Assembly (NCBI GenBank): GCA_903925705.1
Contig: CAIYGJ010000035.1
Location: forward strand, 1-46,393
Length of the DNA: 46,393 nt
Source: an uncultured Actinomycetes bacterium
GTDB lineage: Bacteria > Actinomycetota > Actinomycetes > S36-B12 > UBA5976
Reading direction: 5' to 3'
A program made the translations under genes and the position numbers. Below are positions 34,544 through 42,769 of the stretch, one piece after another. Positions within the stretch are counted from its first letter, which is position 1. Each line of letters begins with the position of its first letter. The notes beneath the pieces are model-generated. The model saw nothing but the letters and a program-made list of their open reading frames with translations. It was not told where the DNA came from and made no database searches.

Positions 34544-35491
34544 TTAGAAAAGCGCGTTGGTTAATGCGATTCTTGCCTTTGCAACAGCGGGATCTGTTGG
34601 ACCTGCAATTTCAAAAAGTTCTAATACTCGCTCGCGGGTTTTATCCCGATCAGTACCGGCTGTATTTCGTAAATGTTCAATCAATAGTTCAAAGGCATCA
34701 GAAAACTCGCCCATTAAGAACGTGGAGTCTGCAGCGCGTAACACAGAATCAGTATCCAGCGTTATGTTTTCAATATCCGCAGCTAAGTCGCGGCCATCAG
34801 TTCGCTGCAGCAGATTTACATTTAGTAAACCTATTTTTGCAATTGCATCGCCAGGGGTGACAGACAGAATTTCTTTATAGGCGGCTGCGGCTGCGTCCCA
34901 TTCACCGGATTCCAGCGCCGCTTCAGCTGCATCAAACCTTGGGTCACTTGGTGGCTGGTGTGCTTGATTATCAATGCTTGAATCTTGTACCGCGTCTTGC
35001 TCGATTCCAGCGCGACCAGTGATGCCTGCTTTTTCGGCTTCAAGCAGTAAGGCATCCAAAACTTGGCGCACTTGTGACTCCGGCATCGCGCCCTGGAACA
35101 TCGGCGCTACTTGCCCACCGATTACTACGAAAACCGCTGGAATCGATTGCACCTGAAAAGCGGCAGCGATTTGCTGTTCGGCATCTACATCCACTTTGGC
35201 GAGGATCCAGCGTCCGTCGTATTCGAGCGCAAGCTTTTCCAAGATTGGCGAGAGTTGTTTACAGGGCTCACACCATGTTGCCCAAAGGTCGACTACCACT
35301 GGGACCGTCATCGATCGGGTAATTACATCTGCTTCAAAACTTGCAGTAGTGACATCAATAATCAAATTGCTTGCAACGGGATCTGCGGCGCGTTGTGCCG
35401 CAGCTTGGGCTGCTTTGGCTTGAGCTTCTCGCGCTGCGGCAACTGCGCCAAGATCTATGGCACCTTGCAAGTTCATATTGGATTGGTTCAC
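34544..35491 (-). CDS. thioredoxin-domain protein with C-terminal TPR-like region (YbbN-like)
   Basis: 315 aa. Active-site-like WCEPC in VVVDLWATWCEPCKQL. Helical C-terminal half. Confidence 0.75.
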   Translation of the reverse strand: MNQSNMNLQGAIDLGAVAAAREAQAKAAQAAAQRAADPVASNLIIDVTTASFEADVITRSMTVPVVVDLWATWCEPCKQLSPILEKLALEYDGRWILAKVDVDAEQQIAAAFQVQSIPAVFVVIGGQVAPMFQGAMPESQVRQVLDALLLEAEKAGITGRAGIEQDAVQDSSIDNQAHQPPSDPRFDAAEAALESGEWDAAAAAYKEILSVTPGDAIAKIGLLNVNLLQRTDGRDLAADIENITLDTDSVLRAADSTFLMGEFSDAFELLIEHLRNTAGTDRDKTRERVLELFEIAGPTDPAVAKARIALTNALF

Positions 35492-35517
35492 GTCACTATT
35501 GTGACGTATTTTCCGCG

Positions 35518-36453
35518 CTAAGAGTTATTCAAGTCCTGCAAAATCTGCTGGACGGCTAATTCAGTTGAGATTGAGCCACTTGCCACTTGAGTGCTGAGTG
35601 AATTCAAGGTTGCTGTATTTAGATTCATGTGCTCGGTTATTGAATCCAGCACAGCCCGACGAAGATTAAGTTTGGCGCGTTCGACTGAACGCAATCCCCG
35701 CTCACCTGACGAAACTGCCCACTCATGATGCTTGGAAATTGCCTTTACTAAGTCAGGTAAGCCTTGGCCAGTAGTGGCAACTGTCGTGACAATTTCAGGT
35801 GTCCAAGTTTTCGAATTTGCTGATCCGAGTCCGATCATGGAACGCAGTTCTCTGACAACGCCTTCAGCGCCATCACGATCAGCCTTGTTCACCACATAGA
35901 CATCGGCAATTTCTAGAATTCCAGCTTTTGCAGCCTGAACACCGTCACCTGCACCGGGTGCAAGAACTAATACAACGGTGTCAACGGCGTTTACGACATC
36001 GACTTCGGACTGACCCACGCCAACCGTTTCGACAATGATTACGTCAAAGCCAACAGCATCCAAAATCTTTGCTGCCGCTTGAGTTGCACTTGATAGTCCA
36101 CCAAGTTGTCCACGCGATGACATAGATCGAATAAATACACCTTCGTCTAAGGCATGCTCTTGCATTCGAATTCGATCACCGAGCAGTGCGCCTCCAGTCA
36201 CGGGTGATGAAGGATCAACAGCCAAAACTGCAATACGCAGTCCTTGCTTTCGATACTCAGCAATTAAGGCACCGGTCGTAGTTGATTTACCAACTCCAGG
36301 CGGACCCGTAACGCCAATTAATAATGCAGTTCCAGAATCTGGCAGCCCAGATAGTAAATCAGCTAACTCAGGTGTGCCGTCTTCGATAACGCTTAGTGCC
36401 TTACCTAAGGCGCGCCCGTCTCCAGTGACTGCTGCTTCAAGTAGGGAGTGCAT
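35518..36453 (-). CDS. meaB: MeaB/ArgK-type G3E GTPase (methylmalonyl-CoA mutase chaperone family)
   Basis: 311 aa. P-loop GVTGPPGVGKSTT, ETVGVGQSE and NKADR motifs. Confidence 0.85.
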   Translation of the reverse strand: MHSLLEAAVTGDGRALGKALSVIEDGTPELADLLSGLPDSGTALLIGVTGPPGVGKSTTTGALIAEYRKQGLRIAVLAVDPSSPVTGGALLGDRIRMQEHALDEGVFIRSMSSRGQLGGLSSATQAAAKILDAVGFDVIIVETVGVGQSEVDVVNAVDTVVLVLAPGAGDGVQAAKAGILEIADVYVVNKADRDGAEGVVRELRSMIGLGSANSKTWTPEIVTTVATTGQGLPDLVKAISKHHEWAVSSGERGLRSVERAKLNLRRAVLDSITEHMNLNTATLNSLSTQVASGSISTELAVQQILQDLNNS

Positions 36454-36464
36454 TGCGAATGTGC

Positions 36465-37640
36465 CTAAGGAACTCTGATGATCAGAGCGTCACCTTGACC
36501 GCCGCCGCCACATAAAGCAGCTGCGCCGGTACCACCACCGCGACGCTTCAATTCATTTGCCAAGTGCAGCACGATTCGTGCGCCAGACATTCCAATTGGA
36601 TGGCCAAGAGCAATTGCCCCACCATTTACGTTGACTTTAGAGTCATCGATACCAAGTTGATCCATGCTGACTAGTGCTACAGAGGCGAATGCTTCATTCA
36701 TTTCATAAAGATCAAATCCAGCTGGGTCCAATCCAACTTTTGCAGCCGCCTTTTTTATAGCGCGCGCTGGCTGGGCCACCAAAGATGCGTCCGGTCCTGC
36801 GACCATTCCATGCGCCAAAATTTCGGCTAGAACTATTAGTCCAAGTTCAGCCGCTTTCTTTTCGCTCATGACAATTACGGCAGCTGCGCCATCACTAATT
36901 TGTGAGGATGAACCAGCAGTAATTGTTCCGTTTAGATCAAATGCCGGTCGTAATTTGGAAAGGGATTCAGTAGTTGTTTCGGTGCGCACACCTTCATCGG
37001 TTGCAAACAGGATTGGATCTCCTTTTCGCTGTGGGATTGAAACAGGAACAATCTCATCAGCAAAAAGTCCGGCAGCATGCGCGGCTGCGGCTCTTTGGTG
37101 CGACTTTGCGGAGAACTCATCCTGGCGTTCGCGCGAGATTTTTTCTACTGCTGTGTACTTGTCAGTTGCTTCGCCCATACCAAGTTGGTCAATTGCGCAG
37201 TAAAGTCCATCAAATGCCATGGTGTCTTTAAGAACCCAGTCGCCGTACTTCATGCCTTCGCGACTCCCCACAAGAACATGTGGTGCGTTAGTCATACTTT
37301 CCATGCCACCAGCTACAACTACATCTGCTTCACCAGAACGAATCAGTTGATCTGCCATCGCGATTGCATTGATTCCTGACAAGCAAACTTTATTAATGCT
37401 TATTGCTGGTACTTCAAGACCGATTCCGGCTTTGATGGCTGCTTGGCGAGCAGGCATCTGGCCGACTCCAGCCTGCAAAACATGCCCCATGATTACGTAA
37501 TCAACATCAGATGCTGATACGCCGGATTTTTCTAAAGCCCCACGAATTGCGGTAGCACCAAGTTCAACTGCAGAGACATCTTTTAACGAACCAAGCAATC
37601 GACCGATTCCGGTGCGAGCTCCACCAACAATGACTGACAT
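36465..37640 (-). CDS. acetyl-CoA C-acetyltransferase (thiolase II)
   Basis: 391 aa. Nucleophile context [11 protein letters not shown] and C-terminal [13 protein letters not shown]. Confidence 0.92.
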   Translation of the reverse strand: MSVIVGGARTGIGRLLGSLKDVSAVELGATAIRGALEKSGVSASDVDYVIMGHVLQAGVGQMPARQAAIKAGIGLEVPAISINKVCLSGINAIAMADQLIRSGEADVVVAGGMESMTNAPHVLVGSREGMKYGDWVLKDTMAFDGLYCAIDQLGMGEATDKYTAVEKISRERQDEFSAKSHQRAAAAHAAGLFADEIVPVSIPQRKGDPILFATDEGVRTETTTESLSKLRPAFDLNGTITAGSSSQISDGAAAVIVMSEKKAAELGLIVLAEILAHGMVAGPDASLVAQPARAIKKAAAKVGLDPAGFDLYEMNEAFASVALVSMDQLGIDDSKVNVNGGAIALGHPIGMSGARIVLHLANELKRRGGGTGAAALCGGGGQGDALIIRVP

Positions 37641-37658
37641 TAGAGGCCTTTCAGGTCA

Positions 37659-37678
37659 GGAAAAATGCGGAAAATTGC
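37659..37678. promoter_or_regulatory. tandem 10-mers GGAAAAATGC GGAAAATTGC in the thiolase/epimerase divergent region
   Basis: Two adjacent near-identical decamers 19-38 nt upstream of the thiolase start. Function unknown. Confidence 0.2.
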
Positions 37679-37762
37679 GCGTGATGTGCAAAATCCCCTA
37701 CTGTCACCTTAGCGATGTTCCTGCCCTTAATAGGAATCCGCCCAATGATTGCGAGGAATGCA

Positions 37763-38203
37763 ATGGCCAACTTAAGTGCTGCTCTAGGTGGAACGCTGCT
37801 GGGAATCGATCATGTCGGGTTGGCAGTTAGAGATTTAGACGAGGCAATCGCACGCTGGTCAAAGACCTTTGGGCTTGAAGTTTCGCATCGCGAGATCAAT
37901 GAGTCACAAGGTATTGAAGAAGCGATGCTCGACTTGGCCGACGGTACTCGTCTGCAACTATTGGCACCACTAAACCCCGAATCAACAATTGCTAAGTTTC
38001 TAGAACGAAGTGGTGAAGGAATGCAGCAGCTTGCATTTCGAGTAACTGACATTGAAGAAGCTATGGCCAATGTCTTAAATGCAGGAATGCGTTTGATTTA
38101 CCCTGAATCTCGAATTGGAACCGCCGGATCCCGAATCAACTTTGTACATCCAAAGGATGTTGGCGGAGTTCTTGTTGAACTTGTCCAGCCAGTAGATCAC
38201 TAG
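37763..38203 (+). CDS. methylmalonyl-CoA epimerase (VOC/glyoxalase fold)
   Basis: Track ORF 37715..38203. ATG 37763 preferred (GAGGAA SD, 146 aa). LGIDHVGLAV...FVHPKDVGGVLVELVQ. In-frame alternative ATGs at 37715 and 37745 cannot be excluded. Confidence 0.8.
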   Translation: MANLSAALGGTLLGIDHVGLAVRDLDEAIARWSKTFGLEVSHREINESQGIEEAMLDLADGTRLQLLAPLNPESTIAKFLERSGEGMQQLAFRVTDIEEAMANVLNAGMRLIYPESRIGTAGSRINFVHPKDVGGVLVELVQPVDH

Positions 38204-38212
38204 CGAAGATTT

Positions 38213-38270
38213 TTATTCTGACTTGTTTAACAAGTAGGTTTCTATTCCGACTTGTTCAACAAGTCGTTCC
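38213..38270. repeat. 29-nt tandem duplication of the alpha/beta-hydrolase 3' end including its stop codon
   Basis: On the minus strand the gene ends ttg ttg aac aag tcg gaa tag (LLNKSE-stop, 38262..38242). 29 nt downstream it reads ttg tta aac aag tca gaa taa (LLNKSE-stop, 38233..38213). Each copy holds a small palindrome (ACTTGTttaACAAGT; CGACTTGTTcAACAAGTCG). Confidence 0.75.
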
Positions 38271-38994
38271 ACCGCGACATCTCGCCATCCCAAGTCCAAC
38301 TTAGTTCTGGCATGTCGGGACGTATCCGCTGCAGTGCCTGATTCCACGCAATGCGAACAAATTTTTCGCCAACCCAAAGATGGCGACATTCAGGGATGGC
38401 AATAACTTCACATTGCGGAACTATTGCGAACTTTTCTTTCGCTTCAGGTGGTTTTAAATAATCATCAAGTTCGGGAACCAATGCTGTTAGCGGGCGACCA
38501 GAATTTGCCCAAGACTTGAGATTGTCTTCATTACTCCACATCAATGGTGGACTAAACAGAACTGCGCCTTGTACTGGATCTACATTGCCGTGCATCAAAG
38601 TTACGTCGGTGCCAAACGACCAACCAACTAGCCAGATATTTTCTAAGCCACGGTCTTGCGCAAACCGCAAGGCGGATTTCAAATCCAGACCTTCTGAAAC
38701 ACCTTGGTCGTAAACGCCTTCGCTAGTACCGGCTGGACTAGTAGTTCCGCGGGTATTCCATCTCAAGATTGCAACATCAGCTAACGCAGGTAATCGCCAA
38801 GCAGCCTTTTTAAACAAATGGCTGTCCATCATTCCGCCGCCGGTTGGATTGGGATGTAGCAACAATATTGTGGCTTTTGGTTTCTCGGAAACTGGCAGTG
38901 CCAATTCACCGACTAAGCGCAGGTTGTCATCAGTAACCAAAGTTATTGATTCGCGTTTCGCCGGCAAGACGCTATTAGAAACGATTTCAGCCAT
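38242..38994 (-). CDS. alpha/beta hydrolase
   Basis: 250 aa. Nucleophile elbow GWSFG. ATG overlaps the stop of the upstream small gene (TGATG). Confidence 0.7.
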   Translation of the reverse strand: MAEIVSNSVLPAKRESITLVTDDNLRLVGELALPVSEKPKATILLLHPNPTGGGMMDSHLFKKAAWRLPALADVAILRWNTRGTTSPAGTSEGVYDQGVSEGLDLKSALRFAQDRGLENIWLVGWSFGTDVTLMHGNVDPVQGAVLFSPPLMWSNEDNLKSWANSGRPLTALVPELDDYLKPPEAKEKFAIVPQCEVIAIPECRHLWVGEKFVRIAWNQALQRIRPDMPELSWTWDGEMSRWNDLLNKSE

Positions 38995-39266
38995 CAGTAC
39001 TTACTCGGAGTTCTACGTTTCCAACAGGCAGTATGCCAATGTCGTCTCTCATCAGCCGAATAGTCCACATTCCACGCAACTATGTGTGCGGTGCCTGGCT
39101 GGATATCTCCTTGGCAACCTGGGCAACGGTAAACCTTCACCGATGTCTCACCAGTTAGCGAGGTAACTTGCCATTCACCATCAGAGTGATTTTCGGTGCG
39201 CCCAAAACTACCAAGCTTTAGCTCTGGTGGCTCTTGATTTGGCTCTCTTCGGTTTCGGCGCCCCAT
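38994..39266 (-). CDS. small conserved CxxC...HxxC protein (putative zinc ribbon), function unknown
   Basis: 90 aa. YRCPGCQGDIQPGTAHIVAW...RRHWHTACW. Basic N-terminus. Confidence 0.55.
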   Translation of the reverse strand: MGRRNRREPNQEPPELKLGSFGRTENHSDGEWQVTSLTGETSVKVYRCPGCQGDIQPGTAHIVAWNVDYSADERRHWHTACWKRRTPSKY

Positions 39267-39272
39267 GGTCTC

Positions 39273-39278
39273 ATTCTA
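39273..39278 (-). promoter_or_regulatory. candidate -10 box TAGAAT, 6 nt upstream of ATG 39266 (leaderless candidate)
   Basis: Minus strand reads TAGAATgagaccATG. Confidence 0.5.
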
Positions 39279-39296
39279 AGTTCAAATCGCAATTTG

Positions 39297-40418
39297 TTAG
39301 AGCGGCATAGGTTGATAGGCCGCAATTCCAGTTCGCTCTGAAAGTTCCGCCTGTGCAGCCCTAACTTTTTCAATACCAATCTTTTCGATGACTTCAAAAG
39401 GACCTTCGGGTAAGCCGCAGCCGAGTTTCATGCCCGAATCAATATCAGCTTTTGTGGCATATCCCGTTGCTTCCATCGCAATGCAGTCGCCGAGGTATGC
39501 CATAAGCAGGTCATTATGAACTTGGTTTTTGGCTGATTCATTTGAGTCTGTAGGAATTGCTAGTTTCTCGGCATAGTCATAGAAACCGGATCCAGTTTTG
39601 CGACCCTTGTTACCTGCCGCAACTAGTTTGACCATGCCCTCTGCAGGTAGATCAATTTCTAAATTGGTATCCGCATGAATGGTTTTCAGGATTTCAACAC
39701 AAGTGTCAATGCCAATCAAATCCAAAAGCTCACAAGGCCCCATTGGATAACCAGAGTGCTCGCGCATTGCTGCATCCATTTGCTCTTTGGATGCCTGACC
39801 AGAATCCAGGATTTGTACTGCGTGATTTAAATATCTAAGTAAAAGTTTGTTAACGATAAAGCCTGGCTGATCTGAAATTTGTGCCAAGTGCTTGCCTAGC
39901 GAGTTTCCTAGTTCAACAATTTCAGATACGACCTGGCTATCTGAGCGCGCAGTTGAAATTACTTCAACAAATTTTTGAACTGGCGCTGGATTAAAGAAAT
40001 GTATTCCGATTACTTTGGCAGGACGCGAAGTTGCATTTGCAATTTCAGTAACCGACAAGCTCGAAGTGTTTGTAGCCAGAATTCCAGTTGGCTTTACTGC
40101 TGCATCTAGTTTGGAAAAAATCTCTACTTTTAAGGAAAGGATCTCAGGTGCCGCTTCAATTACTAGATCGCAATTTGCGAGCAACTCAAACGCTTCACCA
40201 AATGAAACCTTTGCAGTAATTTCATCACTTTGCTCTTGGATTAACTTGCCTTTCGAAACTGCTCTTCCTAGAGATTTGGCTAGATTCGATTTGCCTGCGT
40301 CAACGGCAGCGGCAGACTCAGCAACTCCAACTACTTCGTAACCGGCGCGGGCAAATACTTCAACAATGCCAGCTCCCATAATTCCTAGACCGACAACACC
40401 GATTTGCGAAAAGCTCAT
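39297..40418 (-). CDS. 3-hydroxyacyl-CoA / 3-hydroxybutyryl-CoA dehydrogenase family protein
   Basis: Track ORF 39297..40595 trimmed to ATG 40418 (MSFSQIGVVGLGIMGAGI Rossmann start). 373 aa, longer than a minimal Hbd. Confidence 0.85.
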   Translation of the reverse strand: MSFSQIGVVGLGIMGAGIVEVFARAGYEVVGVAESAAAVDAGKSNLAKSLGRAVSKGKLIQEQSDEITAKVSFGEAFELLANCDLVIEAAPEILSLKVEIFSKLDAAVKPTGILATNTSSLSVTEIANATSRPAKVIGIHFFNPAPVQKFVEVISTARSDSQVVSEIVELGNSLGKHLAQISDQPGFIVNKLLLRYLNHAVQILDSGQASKEQMDAAMREHSGYPMGPCELLDLIGIDTCVEILKTIHADTNLEIDLPAEGMVKLVAAGNKGRKTGSGFYDYAEKLAIPTDSNESAKNQVHNDLLMAYLGDCIAMEATGYATKADIDSGMKLGCGLPEGPFEVIEKIGIEKVRAAQAELSERTGIAAYQPMPL

Positions 40419-40424
40419 GTGGAT

Positions 40425-40504
40425 AGTCTGGCAGACTGCAGTAAATCTGAGTAAGTGCCAGACTTTATTCTGCGGTTTTGGACAGATTGCGACAGACTTA
40501 AGTC
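40425..40504. promoter_or_regulatory. array of CAGACT-type repeats and palindromes in a divergent intergenic region (operator candidates)
   Basis: AGTCTGgCAGACT palindrome (40425-40437), CAGACT (40459-40464), CAGATT (40483-40488), CAGACT (40493-40498), and the 10-nt palindrome GACTTAAGTC (40495-40504) abutting GTG 40505. Confidence 0.35.
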
Positions 40505-40834
40505 GTGCCAGCTTGGAATTCCTTTTCGTACTTCTTCGGTCCGCTTGTGGCATTTTCGGGCCTAGGGCTAATGGTCTTAATCTTGCGCTGGGCATTTGCT
40601 CGAGGTGGTTCAGTTGTTGAACGGCCTGCTAAATCAGGAAACCCGGATGAATATGGAATGTTGATTCCAGTGGCCTCCCCAGGAAACTACATCGAAGGTG
40701 AAGTCTTAAGAAGATCTTTAGTTGATGCAGGGTTGCGAGCGAGTTTGGCCCAAACTAACGACGGGCCTCGAATTATGGTCTGGCCCAAAGATGTTGAATC
40801 CGCAAAAAAGATACTTAAGAAAGCGTCGGGCTAG
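40505..40834 (+). CDS. hypothetical membrane-anchored small protein
   Basis: 109-aa ORF with GTG start. N-terminal hydrophobic helix [21 protein letters not shown] followed by a soluble domain. Overlaps the murA 3' end by 20 nt (convergent). Confidence 0.45.
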   Translation: MPAWNSFSYFFGPLVAFSGLGLMVLILRWAFARGGSVVERPAKSGNPDEYGMLIPVASPGNYIEGEVLRRSLVDAGLRASLAQTNDGPRIMVWPKDVESAKKILKKASG

Positions 40835-42092
40835 ACTTGCGAACAATGTTGGCGCCAAGTGCGCTCAACTGCTTTTCAAAGGCTACATATCCGCGATCGA
40901 TATGTTCAACGGCGTGAACTGTAGTTTCGCCTTCGGCAACAAGTCCTGCCAAAACTAATCCAGCACCGGCTCGAATATCAGTGGCTTCCACTGGCGCACC
41001 GGACAATTGCGAGCGACCTCTAATTAACGCGTGATGTCCATCAGTTCGAACTTCAGCGCCCAGGCGGGATAGTTCCTGAACAAATCTAAATCGGGCTTCA
41101 AATAGATTTTCAGTAACCATCGCAGAGCCCTCGGCAATGGAATTAAGCGCTATGAATTGTGGCTGTAGGTCTGTTGGAAATCCGGGATAAGGCAGCGTTA
41201 CAACATCAATAGCGGTTGGCCGCTTATTCATTTGAATTCGAAAACCATCGCTTATCGTTTCGACTTCAGCTCCAGAAGTAACAAGTTTTTCAAGAGCAAT
41301 CGAAAGATGTTCGCTATTTGCATTGTGAACGGTGATGTCGCCACCAGTTATTGCTGCGGCCACCGCCCACGTTCCGGCAACAATTCGATCAGCAACTGTC
41401 GTGTGTTCGACCGCTTGCAGACTTGAAACACCAGTAACTGTGAGTAGTGACGTACCAACACCGTCAATCTGTGCACCCATGTCTAGCAACATGCTGCAGA
41501 TGTCAACAATTTCTGGTTCGCGAGCCGCGTTATCGATTACCGTTACACCGTTTGCAGTAACTGCCGCCATCAACAATGTTTCAGTTGCACCAACGCTTGG
41601 AAAATCTAAATAAACATGTGTTCCGACCAGCCCACCATCTGGCGCATGAACAACAAGGTAGCCATGTTCATTTGCAACAGTTGCGCCCATACGCTCTAAA
41701 CCAGCAGTGTGCATGTCTAATCCGCGAGAGCCAATTGCGTCACCACCAGGTAAGGCAACATCGGCTGCGCCAGTTCTGGCAACAAGCGGACCAAGTACCG
41801 CAATTGATGCGCGCATTCTGCGAACTAAGTCGTAGTCAGCACGATGTTCAATTGTTTCGGGAACTTCAATTTCAACCGTTTCCGTATCAGCGTCATAACT
41901 CACCGAACAGCCAAGTCGGCGAAGTAGCTCGGCCATAATTGTTACATCCAAGATGTTTGGAACTGCGTGAATAATCGTTTTTCCAGGAGCAAGCAATGCA
42001 ACAGCCATAAGTTTTAAACTGCTGTTTTTTGCGCCAGTCACATGCACCTCGCCTACTAGGCGGGCGCCCCCTTGAATTCGAAAAACATCCAC
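40815..42092 (-). CDS. murA: UDP-N-acetylglucosamine 1-carboxyvinyltransferase
   Basis: 425 aa. [24 protein letters not shown]... The active-site loop reads [10 protein letters not shown] (Asp where E. coli has Cys115). GTG start. Confidence 0.95.
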   Translation of the reverse strand: MDVFRIQGGARLVGEVHVTGAKNSSLKLMAVALLAPGKTIIHAVPNILDVTIMAELLRRLGCSVSYDADTETVEIEVPETIEHRADYDLVRRMRASIAVLGPLVARTGAADVALPGGDAIGSRGLDMHTAGLERMGATVANEHGYLVVHAPDGGLVGTHVYLDFPSVGATETLLMAAVTANGVTVIDNAAREPEIVDICSMLLDMGAQIDGVGTSLLTVTGVSSLQAVEHTTVADRIVAGTWAVAAAITGGDITVHNANSEHLSIALEKLVTSGAEVETISDGFRIQMNKRPTAIDVVTLPYPGFPTDLQPQFIALNSIAEGSAMVTENLFEARFRFVQELSRLGAEVRTDGHHALIRGRSQLSGAPVEATDIRAGAGLVLAGLVAEGETTVHAVEHIDRGYVAFEKQLSALGANIVRKSSPTLS

Positions 42093-42165
42093 GATTAAGC
42101 AGAATAACGTGCTTTTACCAATTTAATTTCTAACTCAAGAAAAGGCAGATAAACCCAATGCGCCC

Positions 42166-42171
42166 TAGGCT
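42166..42171 (+). promoter_or_regulatory. candidate -10 box TAGGCT, 6 nt upstream of ATG 42178 (leaderless candidate)
   Basis: TAGGCTtagggcATG. Embedded in the palindrome GCCCTAggctTAGGGC (42162-42177). No SD. Confidence 0.45.
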
Positions 42172-42177
42172 TAGGGC

Positions 42178-42750
42178 ATGGTCAATTTAACAAGGATTTA
42201 CACGCGTACTGGTGATGACGGCACTACCAATCTTGGCGACATGAGCCGAACTGGTAAGAATGATCCTCGCCTCAAGGCCTACGCCGACGTGGACGAAGCT
42301 AATAGTTCTATCGGTCTGGCAGTTGCCGCCGGAGAACTTAGGACCGACATTGTTGATCTGCTAACCATGATTCAAAATGAATTGTTTGATGTTGGCGCAG
42401 ACCTGTGCACGCCTGTGATTGATAATCCAGAGCATGAGCCACTTCGAGTGACACCTGATTACATCGAACGACTTGAGTCAGCTTGCGACAAGTACAACGA
42501 AGAACTTGAAGCACTTCGATCATTTATCTTGCCTGGTGGCACTGTTGGTGCCGCTCATTTACACGTGGCTCGCACCGTTACTAGACGAGCTGAACGCAGC
42601 ACCTGGGGTGCAATAGACATGTATCACGGCGGCATGAATGTACTGGCAGCAAACTATTTGAATCGACTTTCAGATTTGCTGTTTATTCTTTCGCGCGTTG
42701 CAAACAAGGATGTTGGCGATGTGCTTTGGAAGCCAGGAAGCACTCGCTAA
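42178..42750 (+). CDS. PduO-type ATP:cob(I)alamin adenosyltransferase
   Basis: 190 aa. N-terminus IYTRTGDDGTT and the LFDVGADL and FILPGG motifs. Confidence 0.88.
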   Translation: MVNLTRIYTRTGDDGTTNLGDMSRTGKNDPRLKAYADVDEANSSIGLAVAAGELRTDIVDLLTMIQNELFDVGADLCTPVIDNPEHEPLRVTPDYIERLESACDKYNEELEALRSFILPGGTVGAAHLHVARTVTRRAERSTWGAIDMYHGGMNVLAANYLNRLSDLLFILSRVANKDVGDVLWKPGSTR

Positions 42751-42769
42751 CTAATCTGTAGTTAGTTTG
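42747..42769 (+). terminator. weak AT-rich hairpin after the adenosyltransferase gene
   Basis: CTAACTA-atctg-TAGTTAG followed by TTTGC. The stem includes the stop codon. Confidence 0.3.

Noticed and set aside
42162-42177. The palindrome GCCCTAggctTAGGGC immediately before the adenosyltransferase ATG, considered as a cobalamin riboswitch fragment or a translational hairpin.
   Set aside because: The whole spacer is only 85 nt, far too short for a cobalamin riboswitch. The palindrome contains the TAGGCT -10 candidate, so in a leaderless transcript it would not be transcribed. It could still be a DNA operator, but there is no further evidence.
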